A DNA stretch of 63,968 bases, counting the filler, from Licmophora abbreviata (taxonomy: Eukaryota), in NCBI GenBank assembly GCA_900291995.1. It is 12 parts of 12 records of this genome, joined end to end, with 100 filler letters (N's around TTAATTAATTAA, not from the genome) between each part and the next. Parts side by side here need not be neighbours in the genome. Positions count along the whole stretch, not along the records: positions 33,663 to 37,512 come from OLMU01002082.1; positions 37,613 to 41,711 come from OLMU01002083.1; positions 41,812 to 45,080 come from OLMU01002084.1; positions 45,181 to 49,930 come from OLMU01002085.1; 8 more parts are not named here. The stretch is one strand, 5' to 3'. The position numbers and the translations under genes are program-made. The notes under the pieces are model-generated. The model worked only from the letters and a program-made list of their open reading frames with translations, was not told the origin of the DNA and did not search any database. Shown piece by piece: positions 35,354 through 47,012 of this stretch; position 1 is the first letter of the stretch, and each line of letters opens with the position of its first letter.

Positions 35354-37350
35354 TTTATCTGAGGAAGAGTTGCCTTCATCGTCCGAAGCATCGCTCACGT
35401 GTGATGCCCTCTGCAGCTTGATTCGTTTGGATTGAGGTACCGAAACTGGCCGTCGTCCTCCGATTCAATCGCATCGTCGTAAGCTGAGACTTTGTTCGCG
35501 TGGTGCGTCCCGTCGGCGCTGCTGTCCCGAGATCTTGCTTCTCTGCCGGAGCTTGACTGTCGAACCCTTTTATTACCACCAACTTCAGGGTCATTGGTGG
35601 GTGACACACTCTCGATGAGGGCGACGAGGTTTGGATCGACCCATGCGTTGCAGGATCGCAAGAGAGCCACTACATCTGAGGCAATGGGAGCAAGGTTTCG
35701 GGTGAAGAAACTGTACACAGTAGCTGACGAAGTGGTGGTCGAGGGGTTGCCCGACTCATCAGCCGCTTGGTTGCGGCCCGCCCGCCCACATCTATGAACG
35801 TACTGCGGCCGCGACGCAGCAGAAAGAGGACAGGCAAGGCAGCAATAAGCGTTACGGTGCAACTCAACTCGCGCGAGATCTGTTGCGATTCGTACCTGCT
35901 CCAGTGTGCCGGGAAAGTCATAGTTGATCACGTGCTCGATGTTGTTACAATGAATTCCTCTTGCAGCTATATCAGTCGCCAGCAGCGTCGGAATCTTCCC
36001 CGACCGAAAATTATGCAGTGCAGCTTCACGGACATTCTGTGCCATGTGACTGTGGAACTCTGCGCACTTCACCCCCTCTTTGACAAGCAGCTTGTGAACG
36101 TATTGTAATGTCTTGATTTTGGCGAAAAAGACCAGGCAGAGACTCTTTCGACGCTGATGCCTTTCCTGTTGTCGAATCTTGGACAAGGTAGTTATCAACT
36201 TACGAGGCTTCTTGTGTGCTGCACATACATGCAATGTTTGCGCAATGTGCGATGGAATTTGCGCGAGATCCACCGGTCCGCCCGCATGATGCCGATTCTT
36301 GCCAGCGTCGGTGTCTCCCTTGCCACAGTCGCCTTCTGTGCAAGGCTCACTGGGTCCCAGTGAAGTCTCCGTATCTTTGTGCTCTACCTCAGATGCACTC
36401 TTCTTGGTACTCCCCACAGTAACACTATTGACCTTTATGCAGATGCGACGTCCAGGAACCCATTCCGCCCACTGAGCTCGTATTCTCTCCGGAAATGTAG
36501 CCGAGAATAAGCACATGGTTCTCTCCGCAGCAATTTTGGAGGTAAGATACCGTAGAACCTCGTCGATCTGTTGCGCAATGTCTCTGTTCATGGCCAACCG
36601 ATCAGCTTCGTCCAGCACGACACCCGTTACATTAGAAAGAGCTTTCGACAGGTCGCCATCATTTCTACCGTCTGACGATTCAGAGAGCAAATCCACAAGC
36701 CGTCCGGGAGTAGCAACAACAACCATTCTTCCGCCGTGATTTCTTTTGTTTTGTGATAACTCCATTCGTTGCTCTTGCTTGTCCACCCCGCCGTGAATAA
36801 CTACGATTCGAACAGCATCACCACGACGCATCGATGGAGTCAGCGCCAAACGCAGTTCCCGTCCAACTTGGGACGCCAATTCTCTCGTCGGTACGAGGAT
36901 CAGACCATCTTCTTTGCTGCTACTGCGAGATGCTCTTAGCAGCAGCGGTACTCCATAAGCTAACGTTTTTCCGCCCCCAGTTGGGGCCAAGCCCAAGACA
37001 GAACTTTGACTGCCATGCGGTGCGCCGTCTTCGTTGTTCAAGAGCTCTGGTAGTAAAAGAGACCAAGATTGCCGCTGAATTGGCGTCGGAATCAACTGTT
37101 TCTTTCCCTTGCGCTGTGCCACTTGAAACCAGCAGTCTTGAAGACGCTGGAGCTCCGCATGATCGGTAGGATGGAGAATACTAGACAAGGGAACGGCAGG
37201 AGGAAAGGAGAGCGCTTGTGCGGGTGATTCTGCAATATCCGAAGACCCTTCTTCCACAAAGACTTCCAAACTCTGTCGAGGAGAGGGACTGTCCACGGTC
37301 GGCTCCCCCAACGGTTCTCTTTTTCGTCGTCTGCCGCCGCGTCTTCCCAT
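35342..37350 (-). CDS. DEAD-box RNA helicase (intron 35895-35803; probable 1-nt frameshift at ~35427, uncorrected stop at 35395)
   Basis: Q motif PTPIQ, APTGGGKT, PTRELA, TPGRL, DEAD, SAT, ARGI and YVHRCGRAGR. Confidence 0.9.
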
Positions 37351-37761
37351 GATGGTTGTTGAATGTGAGTATTTTGGTATTTTCTATTTTCAATTTGGTC
37401 AGGGTGTGTGATAAGGGCGACGATCGAGATTTTGGACGGATGGCTGTCGTGGAATGTCGCTGCGACAATCGGAAGACAGCGCCGACCATACACCACTATG
37501 ACTTCGACAGATNNNNNNNNNNNNNNNNNNNNNNNNNNNNNNNNNNNNNNNNNNNNTTAATTAATTAANNNNNNNNNNNNNNNNNNNNNNNNNNNNNNNN
37601 NNNNNNNNNNNNTTTTGGATCTTTTTCGTGTCAATCCAACGCACTCCCACCCGACCTTCTTGTTGATGCTGTTGATATTGTCACGCTGTCACACTGTGCT
37701 CCTCAACTATTTGACTCTTTGTCATATCTAAGCTACAGCTTCTACTCCTGATCCAACGACC

Positions 37762-38452
37762 ATGCCAAACCTGTGAGTCTGCGTGTTCCTGGAGAGTGCA
37801 TCAGTGCATCAGTTACCGGATTAAATTTGGGCTCTCACATCTGTACTACATCCGGTTCTGATCCTTGGCTCGTCGTCTCTCGTCATTTTCCCACAGCAAG
37901 AATGGAATTTGCTGCTTTGGGCCATCCTTCTTTGTGAGCGCGGCGTTCATCATGTCCATCATCTCGTCCTCGTACTGCAATTATTTAAAATTGGACGAAA
38001 ACAATATCAGGCGAGGAGGACCGATCCCATTCAACAAAATTGGCTTTTGGTGCTACGAAATTGAAGGAACCAACGGGCGCTTTGACTACAGCGACGTCGA
38101 TTTTGACGATCAATTCAAGCGCGCCCGTATCTTCGGAACTACGGCCAACTGTCTGGGATTCTGTGTCTGGCTCTTTTATCTCTTTGCATCCTGTTTCCCT
38201 TGTGCAGGTCCGGTCATTTTGCTCAACGGTTTCTTTGCCTTTCTCGCTTGCATCTTTGAGGGCTTCAAGTGGTGGATTCTCAAGTCTACGTTCTTCTGTG
38301 ACGGAGAGAACCTTGGATGCGGAATGGACATTTCTGGGAAAGTTGGCATTTCTGCCGCCTGCTGCTGGTTCGTGGCCAGTCTCATGACGTGCGGACATGG
38401 CAAAGAGCGCATGGACGCGAAGAGGCGTGGCGAGGATGGGGGGTATGAGTAA
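37762..38452 (+). CDS. Four-TM claudin-like membrane protein (exons 37762-37772, 37897-38452)
   Basis: Micro first exon ATGCCAAACCT|gtgagt splices in frame. Four hydrophobic segments, with IGFWCY in the first loop. Confidence 0.65.
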
Positions 38453-38935
38453 CAGAGACATTTAGAGCAAGCGGAACAGCTCGTTGATGTACCTATAGAT
38501 CCCTTGGAACGATGGTCGGAGTAGGTGAACATGAAACTAGAATTTGTGCGTTGACACTTCTAATAGTACTTGATAGGTGGAATTGCCGAGAGGTGCGTTG
38601 TAACTACTGTAGCTTGGAACCCTAGCTCCGAGGAGCGGTGTCGTCTCGATTGCTGGACTGTACTAGTATTTTACTTTGCGACTTCCAATTATTCTGCAAT
38701 CGGGGGCAGCTCCTACCGGTACCATTTTTTGTTATGCAACAACTACTTGAAGTCGTGACCGATGTAGAAGTGACCGGTGCATAAATGATATGGCGACTGA
38801 TGCGATGACGTCATCGCATTGCACGCGAGAAACATCGCGGACAGGATGCATCATGATGCGGCACTCTCTGTGATGCGAACGGCGACGGCATATACATTAT
38901 TTGTTGAATCAGGGATCTTTGTTACGTCGTTTTTC

Positions 38936-40507
38936 ATGACGCTGACAAGGCCGCTTCTGGTGGTCTTCCTCTTGCTTGCGTGGGAAAATTCGAGCTGCTC
39001 CTTGGCGTTTGCACCAGCGAAAACGACGACCAACCCGATTACTTTGCGGTGCTTCCGCTCATTGGGCTTTCGTCCCAGTACACATTCTAGCACTCGACGC
39101 ACTCTCTCCAGGAGGAACATGTCAGCTTCCATCGCGAAGGAGACAGTCGCTATTATCGGTGGTGGAATCGCAGGACTATCGTGTGCCCAGGTACTCGAAG
39201 CGTCGGGAAAGTTTCAGCCGACCGTCTTTGATACGGGACGACTTCGGCCGGGTGGGCGCTGCTCGAGTCGATTCCCCGACGATGACGATTCAACGACCTC
39301 AGCGAGTCACCATGCCACAGAGGACTATTCGATACTCAAGACGTGTATAGCAGATCACGCAGCGCAGATACTGACTGTCCCTCCTCAGCATGCCTATGCG
39401 GCATTCCGAAAGCAAGTAGACCAATGGGTGATGGACGGAGTGCTCCGAGAATTCGAGCATGGAGCTGTTTGTGAGATTGCAAAGGACACTCGGCACACGG
39501 AGGAACCGTTTCGATTGAAACCCGTCAATGAGGGCAACGATAGCTCCATGTATTATGCCAGCAACGGCATGGGGAGTATACCTCTGCACATGATTCAGAC
39601 TTTGTCATCTATTCAGCAAGACGTGTGGGTATCACCGTCGAGCGGAGTCAAGTACCATACATCGAACAAGCAATGGCAAGTGAAAGCCAAGGGACAGGTT
39701 CTAGGATCTTTTGATCGACTGGTCATTGCTCACAATGGTAAATGCGCCGATCGACTCATGTCTCGAACGCCCGCAAAAGACTTGCATTCCTTGTTGCGGG
39801 TCAACTTCTCACCGACGGTTCCCAAGTGGGGTGGAAAGCGCATGACGTTGAATTCGATATACTCCTTGACCTTTGCAGTGAGAGCAGAAGAATCGTCCCT
39901 ATCCCGGGAGCTACCGCCGTCGTTTGTGTGTGGGTTCGTCACCAATGAACCGAACTTGCGCTTTCTCTCGTGTCAGACACGAAAGTACAAGCCGGCACGT
40001 GACGACGTTGAAGTCTGGACGGTCCTGTCGTCCGCCAAGTTTGCAAAACAGTTCAAGGCACCCCAAGAGAACATACCCGACGACGTTGTAGAGGAGGTGA
40101 CGAGCCTCTTGTTGAAATCGCTAGAAAAGTCATTGGGGCTGTCGCGTGGAGCCTTGCGAGGGTCACTCGAGGAGCCCGCTGTAGGTAAGAACGCACGAAT
40201 CTTGGAGAGTCGCCTGCAACTCTGGGGAGCCGCGGTGCCTCTCAATACATGGCGGCTTCGAGAGCATCATGGCGATGGCAGCGAGGAGAATCACGACGGA
40301 TTCTTGTATGACGCTCAGTATGGCGTCGGCGCCTGTGGTGACTGGCTCATGGACCCTTCTCTCGCCGGGGCATGGGAGAGCGGACGCAGACTCGCAAGTT
40401 ATATGGTGACGGATGGATCAGCTTCAGTTGGATTGCCCAAAGATGGAGAGTTTCACTTTTGTGCATCCAATGCGGTCGCAAAAGCCGCAATCGGATCATT
40501 GCAATAG
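38936..40507 (+). CDS. Renalase-like FAD/NAD(P)-dependent oxidoreductase, plastid-targeted
   Basis: Leader ...CSLA|FAP, VAIIGGGIAGLSCA, GGRCSSR, DHAAQ and GACGDW...AWESGRRLA. Confidence 0.85.
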   Translation: MTLTRPLLVVFLLLAWENSSCSLAFAPAKTTTNPITLRCFRSLGFRPSTHSSTRRTLSRRNMSASIAKETVAIIGGGIAGLSCAQVLEASGKFQPTVFDTGRLRPGGRCSSRFPDDDDSTTSASHHATEDYSILKTCIADHAAQILTVPPQHAYAAFRKQVDQWVMDGVLREFEHGAVCEIAKDTRHTEEPFRLKPVNEGNDSSMYYASNGMGSIPLHMIQTLSSIQQDVWVSPSSGVKYHTSNKQWQVKAKGQVLGSFDRLVIAHNGKCADRLMSRTPAKDLHSLLRVNFSPTVPKWGGKRMTLNSIYSLTFAVRAEESSLSRELPPSFVCGFVTNEPNLRFLSCQTRKYKPARDDVEVWTVLSSAKFAKQFKAPQENIPDDVVEEVTSLLLKSLEKSLGLSRGALRGSLEEPAVGKNARILESRLQLWGAAVPLNTWRLREHHGDGSEENHDGFLYDAQYGVGACGDWLMDPSLAGAWESGRRLASYMVTDGSASVGLPKDGEFHFCASNAVAKAAIGSLQ

Positions 40508-40576
40508 CATTCTTGTTGACTTTAGATTCTCAGCGACTACCTACTACGCTACTCCTGCTCTGCTCATCCATACTTA

Positions 40577-41404
40577 CTACTCCCCGATGACACCTTGAAC
40601 TTGCTTCAACCAACGAACGTATTCCACCTCCTCCTTGTAGTCAGCGTACATGGTGATAAAGGTTGCCACGTCGTCCGTCACGCCACATTCATTTTGGAGA
40701 AAGTCGTGAAATCCTGTCTGGACATCCTCCGCCAACTCGGTAATCTCAGGCCCTTGGTACAAGTTGGCGTCGATGCCTTCTTGGGCAATCCCACTTGTAT
40801 CCTCCTGTTTCGTAATACTGACTCGCTCAACAATGGGTCGGGCCATGTCGGACAGGCATGTAAGGACCAGCGTCGTCCCCGCCTTGGTGTAGGTGAGTAC
40901 GAATCGCACGGCCACGGCCGGTTCTTCTTCTTCCTCCGCCAAGTCGTCCTCCTCTTCAGTCTGCGAGTCCAGAGTGTCTTGACAGTGGAAGGAAATGCTC
41001 ACTCCTTTGAGGTTTGTATGGTGCATCCTGACGACGCCAGTAGTATCGCTGTCGACAATGCGCCAGTCGGCCTGGAGCTGTTGATAGAGTTCGTCGAGTT
41101 CGGGTGGCATGGCAGCACTATCATGTTGCTCTTCATTCAACTCTCGTTCCAAGAGATTGGAAAGATCGGAGCGAGACGAAGAGGTCGAGAAGAAACTAGG
41201 ACAAGGACCACCCAAGGCTGAGGACGGCAGTAGCAGTCTACCGCCGTCGGCTACCAGTGCTGGTTTTGAAACAAAAGACAGCGTTCGTGCATTACGAAAT
41301 AACACCGATGGAATACTACTATTGCGAGTAGCAATACCACGTGATGGTGCAAGGCAGGAACGAAGAGCAGTAGCAGCGGAACGGCTCATCATCGTCGTCG
41401 TCAT
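40577..41404 (-). CDS. MAM33: Mitochondrial acidic matrix glycoprotein (MAM33/C1QBP family)
   Basis: Arg/Ser-rich presequence and YQGPEITELAEDVQTGFHDFL...YADYKEEVEYVRWL. Confidence 0.88.
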   Translation of the reverse strand: MTTTMMSRSAATALRSCLAPSRGIATRNSSIPSVLFRNARTLSFVSKPALVADGGRLLLPSSALGGPCPSFFSTSSSRSDLSNLLERELNEEQHDSAAMPPELDELYQQLQADWRIVDSDTTGVVRMHHTNLKGVSISFHCQDTLDSQTEEEDDLAEEEEEPAVAVRFVLTYTKAGTTLVLTCLSDMARPIVERVSITKQEDTSGIAQEGIDANLYQGPEITELAEDVQTGFHDFLQNECGVTDDVATFITMYADYKEEVEYVRWLKQVQGVIGE

Positions 41405-41927
41405 TCGAATGGTGCGCAATGTGCCATGTGGACGACGACGATGCGTGCGATACGGGTGTGAACGGGTGCGCGTGGCGCGAAGATTGTGTGAGAGTGCGAC
41501 ATTTCTGACATCATCCTCATTTACGAAGTCGCGAGCTCTTAAAACCCGGGGTTGAGGCGTCGCCGCCAAACACTGTTTCGACCGTGTGACGAACCAAAAG
41601 CGCGACCACACAAGACACTCACACACACAGCATCACAGAGTTTTGGCACGACCTCTTCCACTACATTGAACTGTATCTCGTTCCTGTTTGAGGTTCTCTT
41701 TCGCCAGTGACNNNNNNNNNNNNNNNNNNNNNNNNNNNNNNNNNNNNNNNNNNNNTTAATTAATTAANNNNNNNNNNNNNNNNNNNNNNNNNNNNNNNNN
41801 NNNNNNNNNNNGCTCTACACACCTTGCGCGAAGCGGTGAACGGGGTGAAGATCGAGTCGCAACACTAAGCAATCACGAAAAAGAAGAAACGATTCGCTGT
41901 TACACGAACACACAAGAGACGACGAGG

Positions 41928-43442
41928 ATGAGAACAGCGAAGAGTTCCTTGTGCCTCGTGCGCTCTCCACCTCGATCTGTAGCTCTTACGAGGCCAGATT
42001 TTGTTTTTGTTTTATGCTGCCTCTTGCTTCTTCCCACTGTAACACTGTCGACGGTGGTGGTGAATGATCGCAGTTTTCCTAGCATGCCAGCGGTGTTTGG
42101 CGCTATACTTCACCCCGATGTCGTCTATCAGGCAAGGCTGCAGACGCCTCGTGATAACCCAACCCTGTGCAGCCCTTCGGACGATCGCAACAGGTATAGG
42201 AGGATGTCCTTGCCATCGAATCGTCAACTGCGCGCGATCCATTCACCACCGCCGATGATGGGTAATAGCAGGGCTCGGGCCGAAAAAGTCCTGAATGGGG
42301 ACGATATTCCCACCTACTTGACTGCTAATTCCACGCAGATCATTCCTCCTTCAGACGGCATATCCGTAGCACTATTGGTGAAACGAGGCGGGTGCAGTTT
42401 TGAAGAAAAGGCCAGAAATGCCATGGCTTTGTCGACCAATATTCAATTCTTGATTGTCTTTGATGATCACGTCAGGGGGCAACTAGTTCCCATGAGTGCA
42501 AGCGATCCTTCCGGAGTTACTGTCGGCTTACTGTTTATTTCACACTTGGCTGGAATGGGTGAGAGAGAGTGAACGAAGTGTCAAAGGCAGAGATGAAACG
42601 CTCGTTTGCGGTGCTTCTCCCTGCTCAAGAGTCTTGCCGTCTTTCATTTTTGGCTAATTTGTGATGTCGTTCTCCTCCGTTTCTTTCGCGTAGAAATCAA
42701 CCAGACTATTACCGAACAATCGACCAATGTCACCGAAGCCGGTGGTACTCTTGCACAGCTAGACTCCCAGCTGCCCTTGTGGCCGGTCGGTCCCAATTAC
42801 CAGGAAGAGCAGCAATGGATGCTGGCTGCGCTTGCGGGATTCTTTACATTCCTAGCATGCTTCGGCTGTCTCATGGTCTGCGTTATGGCTGGATATATTC
42901 CTGCAGATGGTCGCATTGTCTTGGGGGGCCGAACGATTGTTACGGCACCACGTGTCATGATTAGGAGACGACTCTTGACACCCGACCAAGTTGCCTTGTT
43001 TCCTCAAGAGCCATTCACTTGTAGCGAAGTAGAAGGGGAGGAAGGAGTGGATCGGACTTGTGCTATTTGTATTGATGAGTATGAAGAGGGGGAGATGTTG
43101 CGCGTCATGCCGTGTTCCCACATGTTTCACCATGACTGTTTGGTCCCGTGGCTGTGTGAACGACACGCATCGTGTCCTCTTTGTAAACATGAAATTCGCA
43201 GTCCTGACGAAGAAGAAAACGAGGAAGGAACAGAAGAAGAGGAACGAAACGAAAATAGTAGTGACGACAGTTCCGGCAGCGTTGGACACGTCCAACCTCC
43301 CGCAGCCTCTTCGCCTTGGGGGTGGTGGACACGAGTGCATCGTAGTCGGCCTCTACCAACCGAAGAGAATCAGTCACGCGGCAGGCCCTCAACGACTTCT
43401 GCCACTGGCGATATGACTGTGACCCGTGCAGAGTCTGCGTGA
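41928..43442 (+). CDS. PA-TM-RING-H2 E3 ubiquitin ligase (RMR/RNF13-like; exons 41928-42558, 42694-43442)
   Basis: Signal peptide, PA domain ALLVKRGGCSFEEKARNA, one TM, and CAICIDEY...PCSHMFHHDCLVPWL...CPLC. Confidence 0.9.
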
Positions 43443-43574
43443 GATGTATCGTCGATCGTAGGTGACACGTACTGTAAACGATTCATTACGATACATGATA
43501 CACAGCTTTCGTTGGTTTGGGACGATGGTACCTTACAATCACACCCTATGGAGGTGAATGCCAGTTTTAGGTGC

Positions 43575-45050
43575 CTATCGAGGTGCCAGTGGGACGATGA
43601 CTCCGTTCATCAATCGATTGCCCTTCTTGTCCATGCGATTCATGTTCTGCTTCGTCTTATTCTGGAGTCGCTGTCCACGAGCATCGTCGCGACGGGCCTT
43701 CTTTACCACGGCTTTGTAGCGGTATAGGGACATGGCAGTGAATCCACCACCAGCAGACGACACCAGTACGCCTTGTCCCGCTCGACCTCTCGCGGCTCCC
43801 GGGAGCACTCCAGAGCGAGCAAGCGCGAGAGCCGACGATTCTCCTCCGGAATTACGCTGATGGTCTTGTTGAGGACCGACATTGTATACTCGACCACGAT
43901 ACAGACGCTCGCCTGCCGCCTGGCGGGCGGCAATCACTGCAGCTCGGTCGTGATTGGGAGTCAGGCGCTGTTTGTAGTATCGTGCCAAGCCACGGTGGCC
44001 AATAATGCGTCCATCCGGAAAGACAAGTTCGCCAAGCGGTGTGACTTCAAAGCCAAACTTGGCAATCTCATCTTCATAACCGACGTAAAGGTTACCCTCG
44101 TCGCCCTCTTCTTGTTCGCTCGGCTCCTCGTCATCAGACTGATACATCTCTTCGTCATCCGAGACATCTTCCCATTCCCCGTCGTCATCCTCATGGACAT
44201 GCTCGATATCCATGTCCGCTCCCTCGTCGCTATGGTCAGCCTTCTTTGTCATCATGGTGCTCAGGAACTCTGTATCAGCTTCGGAAAAATCAAAGAACGG
44301 ATCAAACTCGTCCAAATCTATCCCGCGTTCATATCTCAGTTTCGTATGGCGTGTACTAATCATGTGTTTCTGACACCCCTGCCAAGTCTTGAACATACGC
44401 TGACAATACAAGCAGTAATGACCAAGCTTGATCTTTTCGTGGCAATATCCTACAAGACCCTCCTTGTCCACAAGATACTCTTGATCGGGTACAAAGAAGC
44501 CGTACTTGCGTTGCATCCGTTCCAGATTGGCGCCGACTGAAGCAGACATGTGCTTGTCGAATAGACATTGACGCGGATCAATCACGGGTGACTCTTCTTC
44601 ATGTTCTTCGGAAGGAGAAGTCTCACTAACTTCCTCGGGAGTCATCAACTCTTCCGCTTCTGGTTCGTCTGTGACTTGGGCTTCATCGGGCTGTTCGTTC
44701 CTTGAAGTCTGTCCTTCCTTGATCCGATCGTACGCCTCTGCCTGTGACTTTCTCGATACCACTCCAGTCGCATCACTTTGCTTCTTTTTATTTTTCTTGC
44801 ATTTTTGCTTTTTCTTCAAATGACCCGTCCCAGTTCGTTCTTCGCGGCCCTGTCGTTCCTTGCGCAGTGCCAAGGCTGCTTCGAGGCGAGCTTGAAAGTC
44901 CTCGTTTCCGAGCAGTGGCAAGCCAGCTTCGCGTCGTTTGAGATTGTACTTGTGCCAGTCAGATTTGTAATGTTCGGCTAGCGCTGAACGGGATTCAAAC
45001 ACAATTCCAGGTGCCGTAGTGGACGTCAACTGTTGGTTGGTAGAAGACAT
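43575..45050 (-). CDS. REI1: Cytoplasmic pre-60S maturation factor REI1/ZNF622
   Basis: HYKSDWHKYNLKRR, CLFD...NLERMQRKYGFFVPD, CLYC...HMISTRH and IGHRGLARYYKQ. Confidence 0.9.
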   Translation of the reverse strand: MSSTNQQLTSTTAPGIVFESRSALAEHYKSDWHKYNLKRREAGLPLLGNEDFQARLEAALALRKERQGREERTGTGHLKKKQKCKKNKKKQSDATGVVSRKSQAEAYDRIKEGQTSRNEQPDEAQVTDEPEAEELMTPEEVSETSPSEEHEEESPVIDPRQCLFDKHMSASVGANLERMQRKYGFFVPDQEYLVDKEGLVGYCHEKIKLGHYCLYCQRMFKTWQGCQKHMISTRHTKLRYERGIDLDEFDPFFDFSEADTEFLSTMMTKKADHSDEGADMDIEHVHEDDDGEWEDVSDDEEMYQSDDEEPSEQEEGDEGNLYVGYEDEIAKFGFEVTPLGELVFPDGRIIGHRGLARYYKQRLTPNHDRAAVIAARQAAGERLYRGRVYNVGPQQDHQRNSGGESSALALARSGVLPGAARGRAGQGVLVSSAGGGFTAMSLYRYKAVVKKARRDDARGQRLQNKTKQNMNRMDKKGNRLMNGVIVPLAPR

Positions 45051-45342
45051 GCTGATGCCTTCTCTTCTGTCCACGTCAAANNNNNNNNNNNNNNNNNNNN
45101 NNNNNNNNNNNNNNNNNNNNNNNNTTAATTAATTAANNNNNNNNNNNNNNNNNNNNNNNNNNNNNNNNNNNNNNNNNNNNCGGAGCGGACGAGATTGTTT
45201 TGGTGGCGTCGGAAGGAGGGAATCTTGCATCGCTCTTCTGCGACTGCATATCATTCACGTCAACATATACGATGAGATTCCCTACTCTAGATTCCTATGT
45301 CAATGCTGGCACTGGAAAAATTCCCTCAGTCAGAACACGACC

Positions 45343-46880
45343 ATGACACCCACGATGCTCCGCTCTCGCCATCTTGTTCGAGTTTCCCGGAGACCCCTGT
45401 CCCTCTGCACCCCCTCTCGATCGCTCGCTTCATCTGCCTCGGCGTTTTCTTCGTTGTTCAATCCGTCCGAAGAGCATCAACAGCTGCGGTCTACGCTGAG
45501 AACCTTTGTGGAGCGCGAGGTGAGTTATAGTCGAAGTAGTCGATCATCGTGGGACTGATCCAATCCCGGGCGCCGGGTGAGCTCACGCGATGACGCGGTG
45601 AAATGAAGTCTTGTCAAAAACTGAACTGTGCACGAGCGCATCTCACGCAAGATCCAGCGGGACTAAATTTTCTCACAAGCAAGATGCGAAAGATCTTTTG
45701 CTGCACGGGCGTCTCACAGTATTGAACATGCCTTCGTTTTACATTTCCTCCTCATCAGGTGGAGCCTCAAGCATTGGACTACAACGAGAAGGAACTGTTC
45801 AACTTGCGTCTGTTCCGAAAGCTCGGTACCAACGAACTTGGAATACTGGGACTGACTGTTGCCGAAGAGTACACTGGGACGAATTTAGACGCGGCCGCCG
45901 TAGCTCTGGTCCACGAAGAACTGAGCTACTCCGATCCTGCTTTCTGTCTTGCTTACTTGGCCCATTCGCTGCTGTTCGTAAACAATATCAGCGTCAATGC
46001 AAATCACGAGCAAAAGACAAGGTTTTTGCCAGGGGCGTGCGCGGGAACGATTATTGGTGGGATGGGAATGTCGGAACCCAACGCCGGGACGGACGTGCTG
46101 GGAATGAAAACGAACGCGTCCTTTGACGAGGGTGCTGGTGGATGGATACTGAATGGGACGAAAATGTGGATTACAAATGGAACTCTCGATGGAACTGACA
46201 CGGGCGATGTCTTCTTAGTCTACGCAAGGACTGGTACAGAACACGCCGACGTTACACAGTTCATCGTCGAAAAGGGAATGGAAGGATTCTCGCTGGGACA
46301 AAAGATTGAAGGCAAGCTCGGTATGCGTGCGAGTATGACGGCTGAGCTTGTCTTTGAGAATGTATATATCCCACAGGACAACGTCGTGGGGGAAGTGAAC
46401 AAGGCCACGCTCTGCATGATGCGAAACCTGGAGATTGAGCGCATTGGACTTGCTGCCATGGCCCTTGGTATTGCGCGTCGCTGCATCAACGAAATGAAAC
46501 AATACGCGACGGAGCGAAGCGCGTTTGGATCGCGAGACTTGTTTGAGTTTGGTCAGATTCAACGGCACGTTGCGGAAAGCTACGCCGAGTATATGGCAGG
46601 GCGCTGTTATGTTTACGGACTAGCCAATAGCCTCGATCTCAAAAGTTACGGGAACGGATTGGACGCTGACGGTGCGAAGTTGTACTGCGCTCCAATGGCA
46701 AAAAATGTATCCGATCGGGCCATCCAAGTCATGGGTGGGTACGGTTACATTGGAGAGTATGTCGTCGAACGACTCTGGAGAGACGCAAAGCTACTGGAAA
46801 TTGGAGGCGGTACTAACGAGAGTCACCACAAAAACATGTCGCGCGACCTCCGAAGGATGGGTTCGACGCCATTAGATTAG
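45343..46880 (+). CDS. IVD: Isovaleryl-CoA dehydrogenase, mitochondrial (exons 45343-45519, 45759-46880)
   Basis: Mitochondrial presequence, GMGMSEPNAGTD, NGTKMWITNG, KLGMRAS, RNLEIER and RDAKLLEIGGGT. Confidence 0.9.
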
Positions 46881-47012
46881 AAACCGTATGCCACGCACGG
46901 TCATGTACATAACATCAATTTGATTACTCGTGGACGAGGCACTCCAACTAGTTGTTGCATCAAGGTGTTAACACTGGCGACGCAATGACAGAGCCTAGCC
47001 ACTATTTCATGC

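Noticed and set aside
45520..45758. Longer-than-usual IVD intron as a possible snoRNA host
   Set aside because: No clean RUGAUGA...CUGA pair with a terminal stem could be identified by eye.
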